DNA of 45,742 bases from a virus. The stretch is taken from IMG/VR virus record IMGVR_UViG_3300009085_001438; one strand, given 5' to 3'. The position numbers were made by a program, and so were the translations under genes. Under the pieces are notes generated by a model. It made no database searches. It was not told the DNA's origin and saw only the letters and a list, made by a program, of their open reading frames with translations. This document shows, piece after piece, positions 1-8,844 of this stretch (positions are counted from its first letter, which is position 1; each line of letters starts with the position of its first letter).

Positions 1-83
1 ACTTGCAGTTCGGCTACTTCCTTAATTATTGCTTCTTCAGTCTCACATTCTTTAATAGCAAAATCGCCAGAGTAGCTATCCAT
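1..83 (-). CDS. hypothetical protein, N-terminal part only (gene continues past window start)
   Basis: ATG at 83..81 (minus) follows a weak SD (TAGGAT). Reads MDSYSGDFAIKECETEEAIIKEVAELQ... and runs off the window. Confidence 0.3.
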   Translation of the reverse strand, partial: MDSYSGDFAIKECETEEAIIKEVAELQ

Positions 84-124
84 GAGACATCCTAGCACAT
101 AATCCTCAGAAAATGGCTTATGGG

Positions 125-742
125 CTATAAGGAAATACTTGGTTGCTTGATTCTCCGCTTTACACATAGCTTGCTTATCTCCGATTCTAATGCATATTTC
201 TGAATTACGTGCCGCTTGTTTCTAGCTTTCAGCAATGCAACAACCTCACTTAATGTTAATTTACCGAATGGAAATACTTCATCATAAAAAGCTGGCACAT
301 GAGTGTATCCATGTTTACCTTCCAAAATTCTATGAGCTAGTAATACCTGCTTTCCAAAACCTTTTTCTAAGCACTTTAGATCATTTATCACCTCTTCCTG
401 ATCTCCAGTCCAGCGTGATACTTGCAATTTCATAGCTGTGACTGTTTCGAGGTGCTGCAATTCATGTGCAACTACTCCTGTTAATGCTTCTTCATTTAAA
501 TCCCAAAGAGCGTTGTACACAAAAAATAAGTACTGTTTTAAAATTGTGCCGTTTAAAGAAAGCACTGTGCTAGCAGCAGCAAAGTCAGACCGATAAGGCT
601 CAAGGCTTAAAGATGCGCACTTGTCTACAAGGTACTCAAATGTGCCTGTGTATATAGATACAATATCACTATTAAAATTGAATAAATCCTGATACCGTGT
701 GTAAATTTTATGTATTCGTTTTCTAAACCCTTCGAGTGTCAT
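125..742 (-). CDS. putative zinc metallopeptidase (HExxH motif)
   Basis: 205-aa ORF containing VVAHELQHLE (HExxH). No other family signature recognised. Confidence 0.35.
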   Translation of the reverse strand: MTLEGFRKRIHKIYTRYQDLFNFNSDIVSIYTGTFEYLVDKCASLSLEPYRSDFAAASTVLSLNGTILKQYLFFVYNALWDLNEEALTGVVAHELQHLETVTAMKLQVSRWTGDQEEVINDLKCLEKGFGKQVLLAHRILEGKHGYTHVPAFYDEVFPFGKLTLSEVVALLKARNKRHVIQKYALESEISKLCVKRRIKQPSISL

Positions 743-1041
743 GCAATCACCACCTGCCGAAGACAGTTTAGTGTTTCATAAACTGTTTTCATACTATCTG
801 CTAGCAATTGATCCTGTTGCGGAGTGCGGGCTGTGTTTAGAATAATTAAATGTTGAATATGATTGCGAGCGTGCAACGCAGCAGTCACAAATTGCTGCTT
901 CTGCTTAGCACATCCTTTTTTAGCTCTGCACTTTCTTAAAAGAAGCACATCATTTACATTGAAAGGGTATTGAGCTTTTAGTTCGTCATATTTAGTATCT
1001 TTTTTCATATTTAAGCCCTCCATATTAACAATATTATACAT
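739..1041 (-). CDS. hypothetical protein
   Basis: 100-aa minus-strand ORF in the co-directional packed array, overlapping its neighbours by 4 nt. Confidence 0.4.
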   Translation of the reverse strand: MYNIVNMEGLNMKKDTKYDELKAQYPFNVNDVLLLRKCRAKKGCAKQKQQFVTAALHARNHIQHLIILNTARTPQQDQLLADSMKTVYETLNCLRQVVIA

Positions 1042-1074
1042 AGAGTGCTTGCAAAGATCCAGTATTTCATTAAA

Positions 1075-1314
1075 TTAAAGTGCTTGTTTAGAAGCTGCTT
1101 TTAGTTTTTCTTCCTCCACCATCTGTGTAGCTAGCAAATGAAGCTTCAGGAACTCTCCTCTTTGCTTAAATTTAGAACTTACATGAGTGTATTCAAAGAC
1201 TTCAATCATTCCAGCTAACTTGCCAACAAGAAATAAAAACTCGGATTGGCACATCTCAGCTTGATGCTCTTTAAGAAAAAGAACTAGATTGTTAATCTTT
1301 GTTTTATACGACAT
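1075..1314 (-). CDS. hypothetical protein
   Basis: 79-aa minus-strand ORF. Confidence 0.4.
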   Translation of the reverse strand: MSYKTKINNLVLFLKEHQAEMCQSEFLFLVGKLAGMIEVFEYTHVSSKFKQRGEFLKLHLLATQMVEEEKLKAASKQAL

Positions 1315-1317
1315 TTG

Positions 1318-1566
1318 TTATCTTTCTATATGCAATAAGTCATATTTATCCCAACAGCATTTTGGCTGTGCATCCGAAAATAGAAAAACATGTCTTTTGT
1401 CCTTGTGCACATACTCACAAGAATCTTTACTGTTATTAGCAATTTGCACACCCTCGGTGTGTGCACTCAATGTAACAGTGTATTTGTTATCAGGCGTAGC
1501 AACTTTTACACTTCCATCGTCGTTTACACTAACTTGCAATTTTCCGTCAAACACTGACACACTCAT
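1318..1566 (-). CDS. hypothetical protein
   Basis: 82-aa minus-strand ORF. Confidence 0.4.
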   Translation of the reverse strand: MSVSVFDGKLQVSVNDDGSVKVATPDNKYTVTLSAHTEGVQIANNSKDSCEYVHKDKRHVFLFSDAQPKCCWDKYDLLHIER

Positions 1567-1568
1567 TG

Positions 1569-1994
1569 TTACTCTCCTAATCTACGTTTAACGGTAATTT
1601 GAAGTTCAGCTTCAACGCATTGTGTAGGTTCACATTCATGCAGTTGCTCTGTATTGATCTCCATGTAGCTGCCGTTAATTTTTGAAGGAGCCCATTCATT
1701 ATATCTAGATAACCATTTTGGCATTTCTTGATAGATTACTAGCTTTTTATTCCAATCCCTTGCTAAGAATGCTTGTAAGTTAGCTACATCCGTATACTGG
1801 AAGCGTAGTCTGTATTGCTTTGCAGATTTCTCCGGATTCTGAAGAGCCCATATTTCTTGGATTCTACGTAAAGCCTCTTTTGCAATCTTTTCATCCGTTT
1901 GCAGTTGAACAATAGCGCAATCCGGGGTTACTGTAATAACCATAGGTACTCTCCTTTTAAATTGTTTCCGGAAATGCTTGCAGTAAATCAACAT
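1569..1994 (-). CDS. hypothetical protein
   Basis: 141-aa ORF; true start may be an internal Met. Confidence 0.4.
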   Translation of the reverse strand: MLIYCKHFRKQFKRRVPMVITVTPDCAIVQLQTDEKIAKEALRRIQEIWALQNPEKSAKQYRLRFQYTDVANLQAFLARDWNKKLVIYQEMPKWLSRYNEWAPSKINGSYMEINTEQLHECEPTQCVEAELQITVKRRLGE

Positions 1995-2514
1995 CTACTA
2001 AGTTAGAAATATCAACATCTTTTACGTATGCAAATTGCTCAGCTTTCCCTGAAAATGTAAATACAGAAACCCATTTAAGTTCACAGTGCTTGCACATCGT
2101 ATGTACCTGTGTTTCTTGTCCACTTGCTTGACTGTTCAGCATTTGCAATTGAGTAGAGCCGCAATGTGCACACTGTTTTCTTTCAAAAGCACCTTCATGC
2201 ATTTTCTGTGTTAATCGAGCACGCAGCCTTGTTTGGGTATCAAAGTGGTGCTCGTCAACGGTATAGAAAGTATGCCCGCAAGGTAGGTAAAGATCTGGTG
2301 CATATATAGAAATTGTGTCCACCACTACTTTCAAAACGCATCCTTCCCAGCTTGTTTCAATTACATCTCCAACTTTGCAGTCTAATGGTACATAAGATCC
2401 TAGCAATATGCGCCCGCCTGTAATCGAAGTGCATAAGGCAATATAGCGATACTCTTTTGGGATTTCCGTTCCTTTGTAAACAACTTTGTGCAGCATTTTA
2501 AGATTAAGCAGCAT
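1957..2514 (-). CDS. zinc-ribbon containing hypothetical protein
   Basis: 185 aa. CAHCGS...CKHCELKW forms a paired CxxC zinc ribbon. Confidence 0.45.
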   Translation of the reverse strand: MLLNLKMLHKVVYKGTEIPKEYRYIALCTSITGGRILLGSYVPLDCKVGDVIETSWEGCVLKVVVDTISIYAPDLYLPCGHTFYTVDEHHFDTQTRLRARLTQKMHEGAFERKQCAHCGSTQLQMLNSQASGQETQVHTMCKHCELKWVSVFTFSGKAEQFAYVKDVDISNLVDVDLLQAFPETI

Positions 2515-2535
2515 TTCCCTCTCCCAATTTAGAAA

Positions 2536-2570
2536 GCAGCCTCGGCAAACCCGAGGCTGCTCTAGTATTG
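2536..2570 (-). terminator. hairpin GCAGCCTCGG-loop-CCGAGGCTGC followed on the minus strand by a TTTCT run
   Basis: 10-bp perfect GC-rich stem seen directly. It lies downstream of the 2571..2828 structured region and immediately upstream of the 1957..2514 start. Confidence 0.4.
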
Positions 2571-2828
2571 TCCCGGGAAAACCCCTGGGACGTAGCAGGA
2601 GGCGTTTTGAAGCTTTTTCTTCCTAGGTAAGATGCTTCCACTCACCGGAACATCAAGTGTGCCCCGGGAAAACGTCTCCAACACTGAAGCGCACTCAACA
2701 CGCTTCAGCTACCGCAGTTGCTAGTATGGTATTATTCAGACTGCAACTCCGGTTCATCAGGCACCCCTTGACATTACTCAGCATCAAGAGGTGCCTACAT
2801 AGCTAACATTCATCATTTTTCTCTCCAG
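2571..2828 (-). ncRNA. candidate structured noncoding RNA (no ORF, GC-rich, multiple hairpins)
   Basis: 258 bp with no ORF on either strand in an otherwise fully coding region. Contains a 15-bp stem hairpin (AGGCACCTCTTGA...TCAAGGGGTGCCT), the hairpin CTGAAGCG-N8-CGCTTCAG, and a repeated GTTTTCCCGGG motif. Bounded downstream by the 2536..2570 terminator hairpin. Confidence 0.2.
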
Positions 2829-3404
2829 TTACCTCTTCATAGCTTCAAAAATATCAAGCATTTCATCTACGTGCACAAGCACTTCCCGGTACCCACTGTC
2901 ATGCCCGTGATCCCAGCAATAAGCTTCTGCTATTTTTGCAGCCTTTGGAGTTGCACCAGCTCGGATGAAAAGAGTGCAAATATCTTCATGAAAACGTGCT
3001 GTTTTAAGACTGCTTTTATGTCTCCATGCAAGGCGAGCTTCCTGCAGATCAGCCGAGTTTGATACTGTTTGCTTAGTTGGGTAAGGATCCGTGCTGTCAT
3101 ACTCAAGTGCATCTATTTTCTTTTTTAACGTTTCCGTGCACGTAACTTCGGTACACTGGTATACTTCGTATTCACCTGCAGGTACATCTTGCACTCTATG
3201 AGCAATCTTAGTTACAGTAACATCAAACGTGTAGTTACCGGTGTTTAATACCTCCACCGCACCTTCATAGGATGAGAGGTATTCATAACTTACAAGGAGA
3301 ACCTTTCCTCCTTTTTTCCCAGTAGCAACAGCGTAACTTGAATATCTTGTCGGCAGTTCATTTGCGATCATGGTGCATACATGTTCAACATTGATCTGGG
3401 ACAT
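2829..3404 (-). CDS. hypothetical protein; C-terminal domain paralogous to 3549..3878
   Basis: 191 aa. The C-terminus FHEDICTLFIRAGATPKAAKIAEAYCWDHGHDSGYREVLVH aligns with the FHEDLYQAFIGLGATPRAAAVAASISWQDGHSYGFDEVLSH region of the neighbouring gene. Confidence 0.5.
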   Translation of the reverse strand: MSQINVEHVCTMIANELPTRYSSYAVATGKKGGKVLLVSYEYLSSYEGAVEVLNTGNYTFDVTVTKIAHRVQDVPAGEYEVYQCTEVTCTETLKKKIDALEYDSTDPYPTKQTVSNSADLQEARLAWRHKSSLKTARFHEDICTLFIRAGATPKAAKIAEAYCWDHGHDSGYREVLVHVDEMLDIFEAMKR

Positions 3405-3451
3405 TGTGCGTTCCTCCTTTAGTTTGTTAGCTTTATCCTCACTACCATTAT

Positions 3452-3493
3452 GTATTAATTATACCAACAAACCAGGAAGAAATCAAGTGTTTT
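3452..3493 (-). promoter_or_regulatory. conserved promoter element copy A (minus strand: CTTGATT-N17-TATAAT, extended -10 TGg)
   Basis: -35 TTGATT (rc of 3481..3486), 17-nt spacer, -10 TATAAT (rc of 3458..3463). One member of a 10-copy repeat family. Confidence 0.5.
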
Positions 3494-3548
3494 GTAGTAT
3501 AAAATGCAAATATTTAGACTTTCAGTTATTATAAAGCACTTACTACAT

Positions 3549-3878
3549 TCATTTATCCTGCATTGCAAGAATTAAAGGGGCAAGGTCCTCTGCATGACTT
3601 AGTACTTCGTCAAAACCGTAGCTGTGACCATCTTGCCAACTAATACTAGCAGCTACTGCAGCAGCTCTTGGCGTAGCTCCGAGACCAATAAAAGCTTGGT
3701 AGAGATCCTCATGGAATTGACTGTCACAAGCACACTGTTTCTGCTGCCACTTGTTCCGGCTAGCTTTTAACTCCACAACTGTCCCGGTAGTTGGATATGG
3801 AGTAGTGTTTGTGTATTGGTTATCTCGAATTTTTTCTTTCATCGTTTCGAAGTCCATAGTACAATCCTCCGTAAGCAA
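3549..3878 (-). CDS. hypothetical protein; paralog of the C-terminal domain of 2829..3404
   Basis: 109 aa sharing the PYPT...FHED...GATP.AA....W.DGH..G..EVL.H motif block with the adjacent gene. Confidence 0.5.
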   Translation of the reverse strand: MLTEDCTMDFETMKEKIRDNQYTNTTPYPTTGTVVELKASRNKWQQKQCACDSQFHEDLYQAFIGLGATPRAAAVAASISWQDGHSYGFDEVLSHAEDLAPLILAMQDK

Positions 3879-3895
3879 TATGTGAGCATAAAAAG

Positions 3896-3968
3896 AGCTG
3901 GCGGCGGGCTACGATCCCACGGCCTCTCGCTTACAAGGCGAGTGCTCTACCAACTGAGCTACACCAGC
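3896..3968 (-). tRNA. tRNA-Thr (anticodon UGU)
   Basis: Minus-strand read GCTGGTG TA GCTC AGTTGGTA GAGC A CTCGC CTTGTAA GCGAG AGGCC GTGGG ATCGTAG CCCGC CGCCAGC T. Perfect 7-bp acceptor, 4-bp D stem, 5-bp anticodon stem, loop CU-UGU-AA. Atypical T-loop ATCGTAG (A54/T58 instead of T54/A58). Confidence 0.7.
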
Positions 3969-3979
3969 TAACCAATTCT

Positions 3980-4015
3980 GCCTTAATTATACCAGTAATG
4001 GAAAAAATCAAGCTT
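3980..4015 (-). promoter_or_regulatory. conserved promoter element copy B (extended -10 TGgTATAAT; -35 TTGATT at only 14-nt spacing)
   Basis: rc of 3986..3991 is TATAAT, preceded by TGg. Sits directly upstream of tRNA-Thr. Confidence 0.45.
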
Positions 4016-4016
4016 T

Positions 4017-6203
4017 TTACACCGGAATTAAATCTTCCTTTAAAGTGATAGTGTATGTAATATCTCCTAATGTCATAGAGTTATTTTCTCTAGACGTGAA
4101 CTCGTCGAACCACTTGTTACCTAAGATGATTGCAAATTTAGTACGCTGCACTTTAGCTCGAAGTGTTGCCAACTCCTTTTGGAGCTTCTTTAACCTACTA
4201 TCTACTTGGGCTAAAGCACTTGAAATGTTTGCACCTTGCACAAATGCACTACTCCAACGAGTAAGTTCCGGCTGTAAAAGCTGCTCTCTTGGGGTGAGTT
4301 TTTTAGATGCAGTAACTTTATGGATAACATCTTCCACTTTTGGTAATGAACTCAAACCCGACATAGAAACCGTAAAAACTTTGGCATAATAGGAATCTGT
4401 AGCTGCTAGGTCTTCTTTTGGCGGGTTAAACCCATTATTCGTTACACCATGCTCTTTAAGATATTCAATTTGATCACTTGTAAGTCCTTCCAACCCGTGC
4501 CGTGTCACAAATACGCCAGCTGTGTCATAAGATGTCTTTAAATACTTTAACACTTTAACCGAAGCTTGCAATTGCAGCATCTTATAGGTATTTTCAAAGA
4601 AAGCGACAGCTGATGTATGACCTTTAGCAATAGCTCGATTCATCACAGGCACTTTGGTTAAATACACTTCGTACACTTCATCCTCTTTCCAGGTTCTGGA
4701 CTGGTCTATCATACCTTCATGCCAGAGTTTTAAAAAGGTAACCTCGGACATTGACATAGGTAGCACTTCTACGTTAGGAAAGCCGTCCCTAACAATAGCA
4801 TAGTTCCTATAGATCCAAGTTGGAAACCAAAGCTCCTTAAATCCCTTTTCCTTGTAGTTTCGTCTTAGCTTAATTTTACCATCGAATCGGGTGAGCACGG
4901 AAAGGTTTAACATCTTTTCATTCCAGGTCACTGAAGCAAACGGGCATTTAACACCACTGTTTGCAACAAAGTCCGGGTAGCCTTCTTTTGTAACAGAAGG
5001 AACTCCAATACGCTTATACTGAAAAGCTGGATGCTGAGGGTAGAAATAAGCATTAGGATCTTCAAGTAACAAATCGACTGCATCTAACAAACAGAATGCA
5101 TCTTCTTTTGGCAAATGTGAAGTGGATCGGCCGTTAATGAAGCGTTTGTTGTGCTCAGAAATTGCACTTTGGAGTCTCTTCTCTACCACACCATATTCAT
5201 CATTAGTGAAAGCATTACTTGTAATGTCAATCAGAGCTTTATCTCCTAAAGTACCTAGCACTTCCAGGGCAACATCAGATTGCATGCGCTGCAAAAGCAC
5301 TAACGCAGCTGCATATGAGCCTTTAACTAATGACTCCGCTTTCCCATTCTGTACATTAGCATCAGTGAATTTTACTTCAGTGCCTTTAGGTGTAGTTGTT
5401 AGAGCATAAAGATACTCTTTCCCTCTACCCCTAGCAACTGTAAAACTAATGCTACCCTTATCATCCGGCTGGTATATATTAACACCAGCTCTAGTTAAAC
5501 TAAACAGAAGCGAAGCACCCTGAAATTCTAAAACATCCACTGAAATCCGGTCACTCTCAACAGAACTTGTTACAAAATCAGTTAACGCAATATCAAATTT
5601 TTCCAAATTATCACTGTGCGTCAAAGAACCCCCGAAAGCTTCAGCCATTTGCGACATTAACTCTTTGTTGTAGTAGTTTCCGTAACCTACCAAAAGGCTC
5701 GCTGTGATAGTTGGACTCACTTCTTTGATAGCCTTAAAAATAGCAATTTTTTCCTTCGGGTAGCTACTAACCACTGGGTAACCGTCTGTGAAAAAACACA
5801 AAGCAAATCGATTACTAAAGATCTGAAGATCCTCGGTAATCGTTTTAGTAGCTGCTAAGATCTCTGAAAAGCAGGTCAAATCTACAGTTGTGCTATTGTT
5901 ACGTATAGCTTGTTCCAGAATAGCATAATCGCTGTCATCAGCTATCTTGAACCCTTTAAGAATGAAGTTGAATTTACCTTCTCCACTAAACCACCCAATA
6001 GTGATAGTGTCTCCAACAGGTAACTTTTTAGCACGCACAATAAGATCCTGCACCAAATCAGGTAGTGTATCATACATAGAACCGGATCTATCATAGATCC
6101 AAATATGGTTAGTTCTACCTACTTCTTCTTTAGTTTCTTCAGGCTTAGTGTTGATCTCTTGCTGAACTAAAAATAAGTGATCTCTAATCTGCAAATATTT
6201 CAT
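4017..6203 (-). CDS. von Willebrand factor A (vWA) domain protein, 728 aa
   Basis: N-terminal HIWIYDRSGSM (DxSxS MIDAS motif) followed by a vWA-like alpha/beta region. The C-terminal ~500 aa have no recognisable motif. AGGAG-type SD. Confidence 0.6.
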   Translation of the reverse strand: MKYLQIRDHLFLVQQEINTKPEETKEEVGRTNHIWIYDRSGSMYDTLPDLVQDLIVRAKKLPVGDTITIGWFSGEGKFNFILKGFKIADDSDYAILEQAIRNNSTTVDLTCFSEILAATKTITEDLQIFSNRFALCFFTDGYPVVSSYPKEKIAIFKAIKEVSPTITASLLVGYGNYYNKELMSQMAEAFGGSLTHSDNLEKFDIALTDFVTSSVESDRISVDVLEFQGASLLFSLTRAGVNIYQPDDKGSISFTVARGRGKEYLYALTTTPKGTEVKFTDANVQNGKAESLVKGSYAAALVLLQRMQSDVALEVLGTLGDKALIDITSNAFTNDEYGVVEKRLQSAISEHNKRFINGRSTSHLPKEDAFCLLDAVDLLLEDPNAYFYPQHPAFQYKRIGVPSVTKEGYPDFVANSGVKCPFASVTWNEKMLNLSVLTRFDGKIKLRRNYKEKGFKELWFPTWIYRNYAIVRDGFPNVEVLPMSMSEVTFLKLWHEGMIDQSRTWKEDEVYEVYLTKVPVMNRAIAKGHTSAVAFFENTYKMLQLQASVKVLKYLKTSYDTAGVFVTRHGLEGLTSDQIEYLKEHGVTNNGFNPPKEDLAATDSYYAKVFTVSMSGLSSLPKVEDVIHKVTASKKLTPREQLLQPELTRWSSAFVQGANISSALAQVDSRLKKLQKELATLRAKVQRTKFAIILGNKWFDEFTSRENNSMTLGDITYTITLKEDLIPV

Positions 6204-6222
6204 AGTTACATCCCCATTTCAA

Positions 6223-6483
6223 TTAAAAAAGAACGAGTTGATCCTCATCATCCCCTTCAATTTTGGTTTCCCACCCAGCTTCTTCGTATTTTTCTACCAG
6301 TGCCTCTCCTACACTCTCCGAGAGCTCTGATAAATCAACCACAATGCGTTTACCTTTGGTGTACTTTTCTTGCAAGATCTGGTCAATATACTGCTCTACA
6401 AGTGCGCACAGCACCTCTTCACTAATCTCAATGTCTATATCATGTAGTGCACCGCCCACTAATTTTTCTCTATTTAAAGCCAT
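6223..6483 (-). CDS. small acidic hypothetical protein (tandem paralog A)
   Basis: 86 aa MALNREKLVGG...KGKRIVVDLSELSES...AGWETKIEGDDEDQLVLF, clearly paralogous to 6512..6778. Confidence 0.5.
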   Translation of the reverse strand: MALNREKLVGGALHDIDIEISEEVLCALVEQYIDQILQEKYTKGKRIVVDLSELSESVGEALVEKYEEAGWETKIEGDDEDQLVLF

Positions 6484-6511
6484 TTTTTCTCCAATACTTT
6501 TAACAAGTTAA

Positions 6512-6778
6512 TTAAAAAAGGATTAATTGCTCTTCTTCCGTATCAACTTTAACTTCCCACCCCGCCTCCGCATAACGATCCTGCAGTATGTCTAGCCAAT
6601 CATCTGAGTCCTCAGATCGAAGCTCTGATAAATCAATCACAATGCGTTTTCCCTTTGCAGGTGCAGTTCGCAGAAAAGCATCAATTTGCTCCTCAATAAA
6701 CGTAATTACATCATCTACGGATATGCGTACATCTATAGTATCTATTTTGCCCGAAATGTCTTCTCGTTTTAGAGCCAT
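6512..6778 (-). CDS. small acidic hypothetical protein (tandem paralog B)
   Basis: 88 aa MALKREDISGK...KGKRIVIDLSELRSE...AGWEVKVDTEEEQLILF. Confidence 0.5.
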   Translation of the reverse strand: MALKREDISGKIDTIDVRISVDDVITFIEEQIDAFLRTAPAKGKRIVIDLSELRSEDSDDWLDILQDRYAEAGWEVKVDTEEEQLILF

Positions 6779-6779
6779 C

Positions 6780-7925
6780 TTAACTCCTTTCTCTAACGAC
6801 TTTCTTCAGCACCACATCAGATAGATAATTTAAGGATGCTGATCCATCATTATTAAAATACCAGATATTTCCATGATCATCTTGCTCAAGCGCTTTTGCT
6901 AAAATGCTTACCTTCTCTTCACACGTGCATTGACTAGCTAATCGTTTATGAATTTGCATTTGATCCAATCCGCGCTTTATTAGCCGCTCCATTTGTAAGT
7001 GAGCCGGACAAGCAACAACTAGCACATTATTATTACAAATGTGGTTAAGGTGTACTTCAGCTATGAGTGCGAAATTTAACACATACAACCCAGGACCTTC
7101 CGATAATTTAGCACGAATGCCATGTAATGTGCAAGGTGTTAAAAGAGTTGTCAGTGTTTTAACTGCTGAGGAACTCCCAAACACCTTTTCAGCTAACACT
7201 TTGCTGTTGATTGTTTCTGTTTTTGGATTTAGGATAATCTCCTTTCCAAAAGCTCTTATAACCTTTTGACGAGCTTCCATATACATGGCATTGCATGTAG
7301 AGTGATAAATTTCTTGAGTAATTTCATCCAAGTCAATCTCGTAAAACGGTATGGAAGATGTAGAGGTGTGTATATCTCGAAGCTTAGCTGTTATGTAGCT
7401 CTTTCCCACTCCGATTTCACCTGTAACACCTAAAATGTACTGCTTGTTTACTTTTGCTTCCAATGCTTCTTTCACTGCAAGAGGTGCACGAGGCGTAATA
7501 TCCAGGTGTAACTTTACCCTTTGTTTGAGTGTGGTGGATGATAGATCTGCATATGCAGGATCTGTGGGTAAAAATATTGTTTGAATATCTGGAGCTAGGA
7601 AAGCATTAACTTTGTACAGGGCACTTTCTGCTTCATAATCTTTCGCATTTCGGAGTCCACGCACAATTGTTTTTGCTCCAATTGTTTTCGCAAAATCTAC
7701 GGTTAACCCAGTGTAGGAACGGACACGTACATTAGGGAGATGTTTTAATGCATGTACTGCTAATGTTAATCTGTCAGCAATATTGAGAGTGGCTACCTTA
7801 TCCTCACTAGCTCCCAGCCCAACAAATACTGAGCCGAACATTGAAGCGGTACGTTCAATGATGTTTATGTGCCCTTGATGAATGGGATCCCCGCTTATTG
7901 GAATTAAACAAATACTAGTCTGCAC
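6780..7925 (-). CDS. coaDE: bifunctional phosphopantetheine adenylyltransferase / dephospho-CoA kinase (CoaD-CoaE fusion)
   Basis: N-term IPISGDPIHQGHINIIERTA matches the PPAT (T/H)xGH nucleotidyltransferase signature (E. coli YPGTFDPITNGHLDIIERA). C-term YILGVTGEIGVGKSY is a P-loop, and NVLVVACPAHLQMERLIKRG matches CoaE (YIVALTGGIGSGKST ... RVLVVDVSPETQLKRTMQRD). GTG start with AAGGAGG SD. Confidence 0.8.
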   Translation of the reverse strand: MQTSICLIPISGDPIHQGHINIIERTASMFGSVFVGLGASEDKVATLNIADRLTLAVHALKHLPNVRVRSYTGLTVDFAKTIGAKTIVRGLRNAKDYEAESALYKVNAFLAPDIQTIFLPTDPAYADLSSTTLKQRVKLHLDITPRAPLAVKEALEAKVNKQYILGVTGEIGVGKSYITAKLRDIHTSTSSIPFYEIDLDEITQEIYHSTCNAMYMEARQKVIRAFGKEIILNPKTETINSKVLAEKVFGSSSAVKTLTTLLTPCTLHGIRAKLSEGPGLYVLNFALIAEVHLNHICNNNVLVVACPAHLQMERLIKRGLDQMQIHKRLASQCTCEEKVSILAKALEQDDHGNIWYFNNDGSASLNYLSDVVLKKVVRERS

Positions 7926-8193
7926 ACAGCCTCCTTATTGCAGCTTTTAATTGGCTGCATAAAGTTTTCTTAGCTGTAACCGGGACGTGCAAACGTAAAT
8001 CCAGCTGATATGCATCAGTCAAGTCATGTGCAACTGAAACTAGCGTCCGATTGTCTTTTAGTTCATCAACTAACCACTTGAGCAAACTAAGTGCTTGATA
8101 CGTCACTTCATTTGAGCTAGTTACACCTAAAGCGTACTGCAGCTCTTTCATGAAATCTGCATTTACCTTAAAGTGCACTTCTACTTTTTTCAT
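7915..8193 (-). CDS. hypothetical protein
   Basis: Minus ORF; likely start at Met16 (MKKVEVHF) preceded by GGAGAAAT. Confidence 0.4.
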   Translation of the reverse strand: MKKVEVHFKVNADFMKELQYALGVTSSNEVTYQALSLLKWLVDELKDNRTLVSVAHDLTDAYQLDLRLHVPVTAKKTLCSQLKAAIRRLCAD

Positions 8194-8411
8194 TATTTCT
8201 CCGCCAAACAATCTCCATTGGTGCAATAAACATCCCAAGCATACTTACATACTTTATTATCTTTACAGATATAGCATGTGTAGTTTTCTTTAGCTAACGG
8301 AGGGTCATCAGACACTAGCTCCTCTTCAGCCACTTGTGCTTGAGCTTCATACACCTTTTTGAGGTTTTCTAAGTAATCTTTTGTGACCTTAATCTGTATT
8401 CGTTTTTGCAT
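8193..8411 (-). CDS. Cys-rich small hypothetical protein
   Basis: 72 aa containing CYICKDNKVCKYAWDVYCTNGDC. Confidence 0.4.
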   Translation of the reverse strand: MQKRIQIKVTKDYLENLKKVYEAQAQVAEEELVSDDPPLAKENYTCYICKDNKVCKYAWDVYCTNGDCLAEK

Positions 8412-8841
8412 TTATATTTTCACATACCGGAGAATCCGTCGGATTTGCTGTCTGCCATTGCCAAACAATAATTGCTACAGCTTGTCTTGAAACTAACACA
8501 CCGCCAGCTGTTTCTACTAGTTTAGCTATCTTTGCAACCTCTTCAAGCAAACTTGGAGCAATATCAGCTTGGGAAGCTACTCCTAGTACATTCTTAAGCG
8601 CATTTAAAGTCAACCAGTTCATGTGATTTCCCTCCTTAAGCAGCCCTTTTAAATCTTCCCAAATATGAGAATTTAAAATAAACCGCATTGCTTGTCTGTA
8701 GTTATACCCAAGACGTTGTGGGTGAGTTTTATTTGTTTTAAACATCCATCCATAAGGATACTTTCGACAGAAGTACACCTCACATGGATACTCTAATTTC
8801 TTTGAAAGCTCTGTTTGGAGTTGAATTGATAACTGAGACAT
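8389..8841 (-). CDS. hypothetical protein
   Basis: 150-aa ORF. Confidence 0.45.
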   Translation of the reverse strand: MSQLSIQLQTELSKKLEYPCEVYFCRKYPYGWMFKTNKTHPQRLGYNYRQAMRFILNSHIWEDLKGLLKEGNHMNWLTLNALKNVLGVASQADIAPSLLEEVAKIAKLVETAGGVLVSRQAVAIIVWQWQTANPTDSPVCENINAKTNTD

Positions 8842-8844
8842 GAG

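Noticed and set aside
2829-3404. QueD (6-carboxytetrahydropterin synthase) on the basis of CWDHGHD
   Set aside because: QueD needs Cx3HGH and a characteristic fold. Here the spacing is Cx2HGH, and the paralog 3549..3878 lacks the Cys and His. The motif is probably a chance match.
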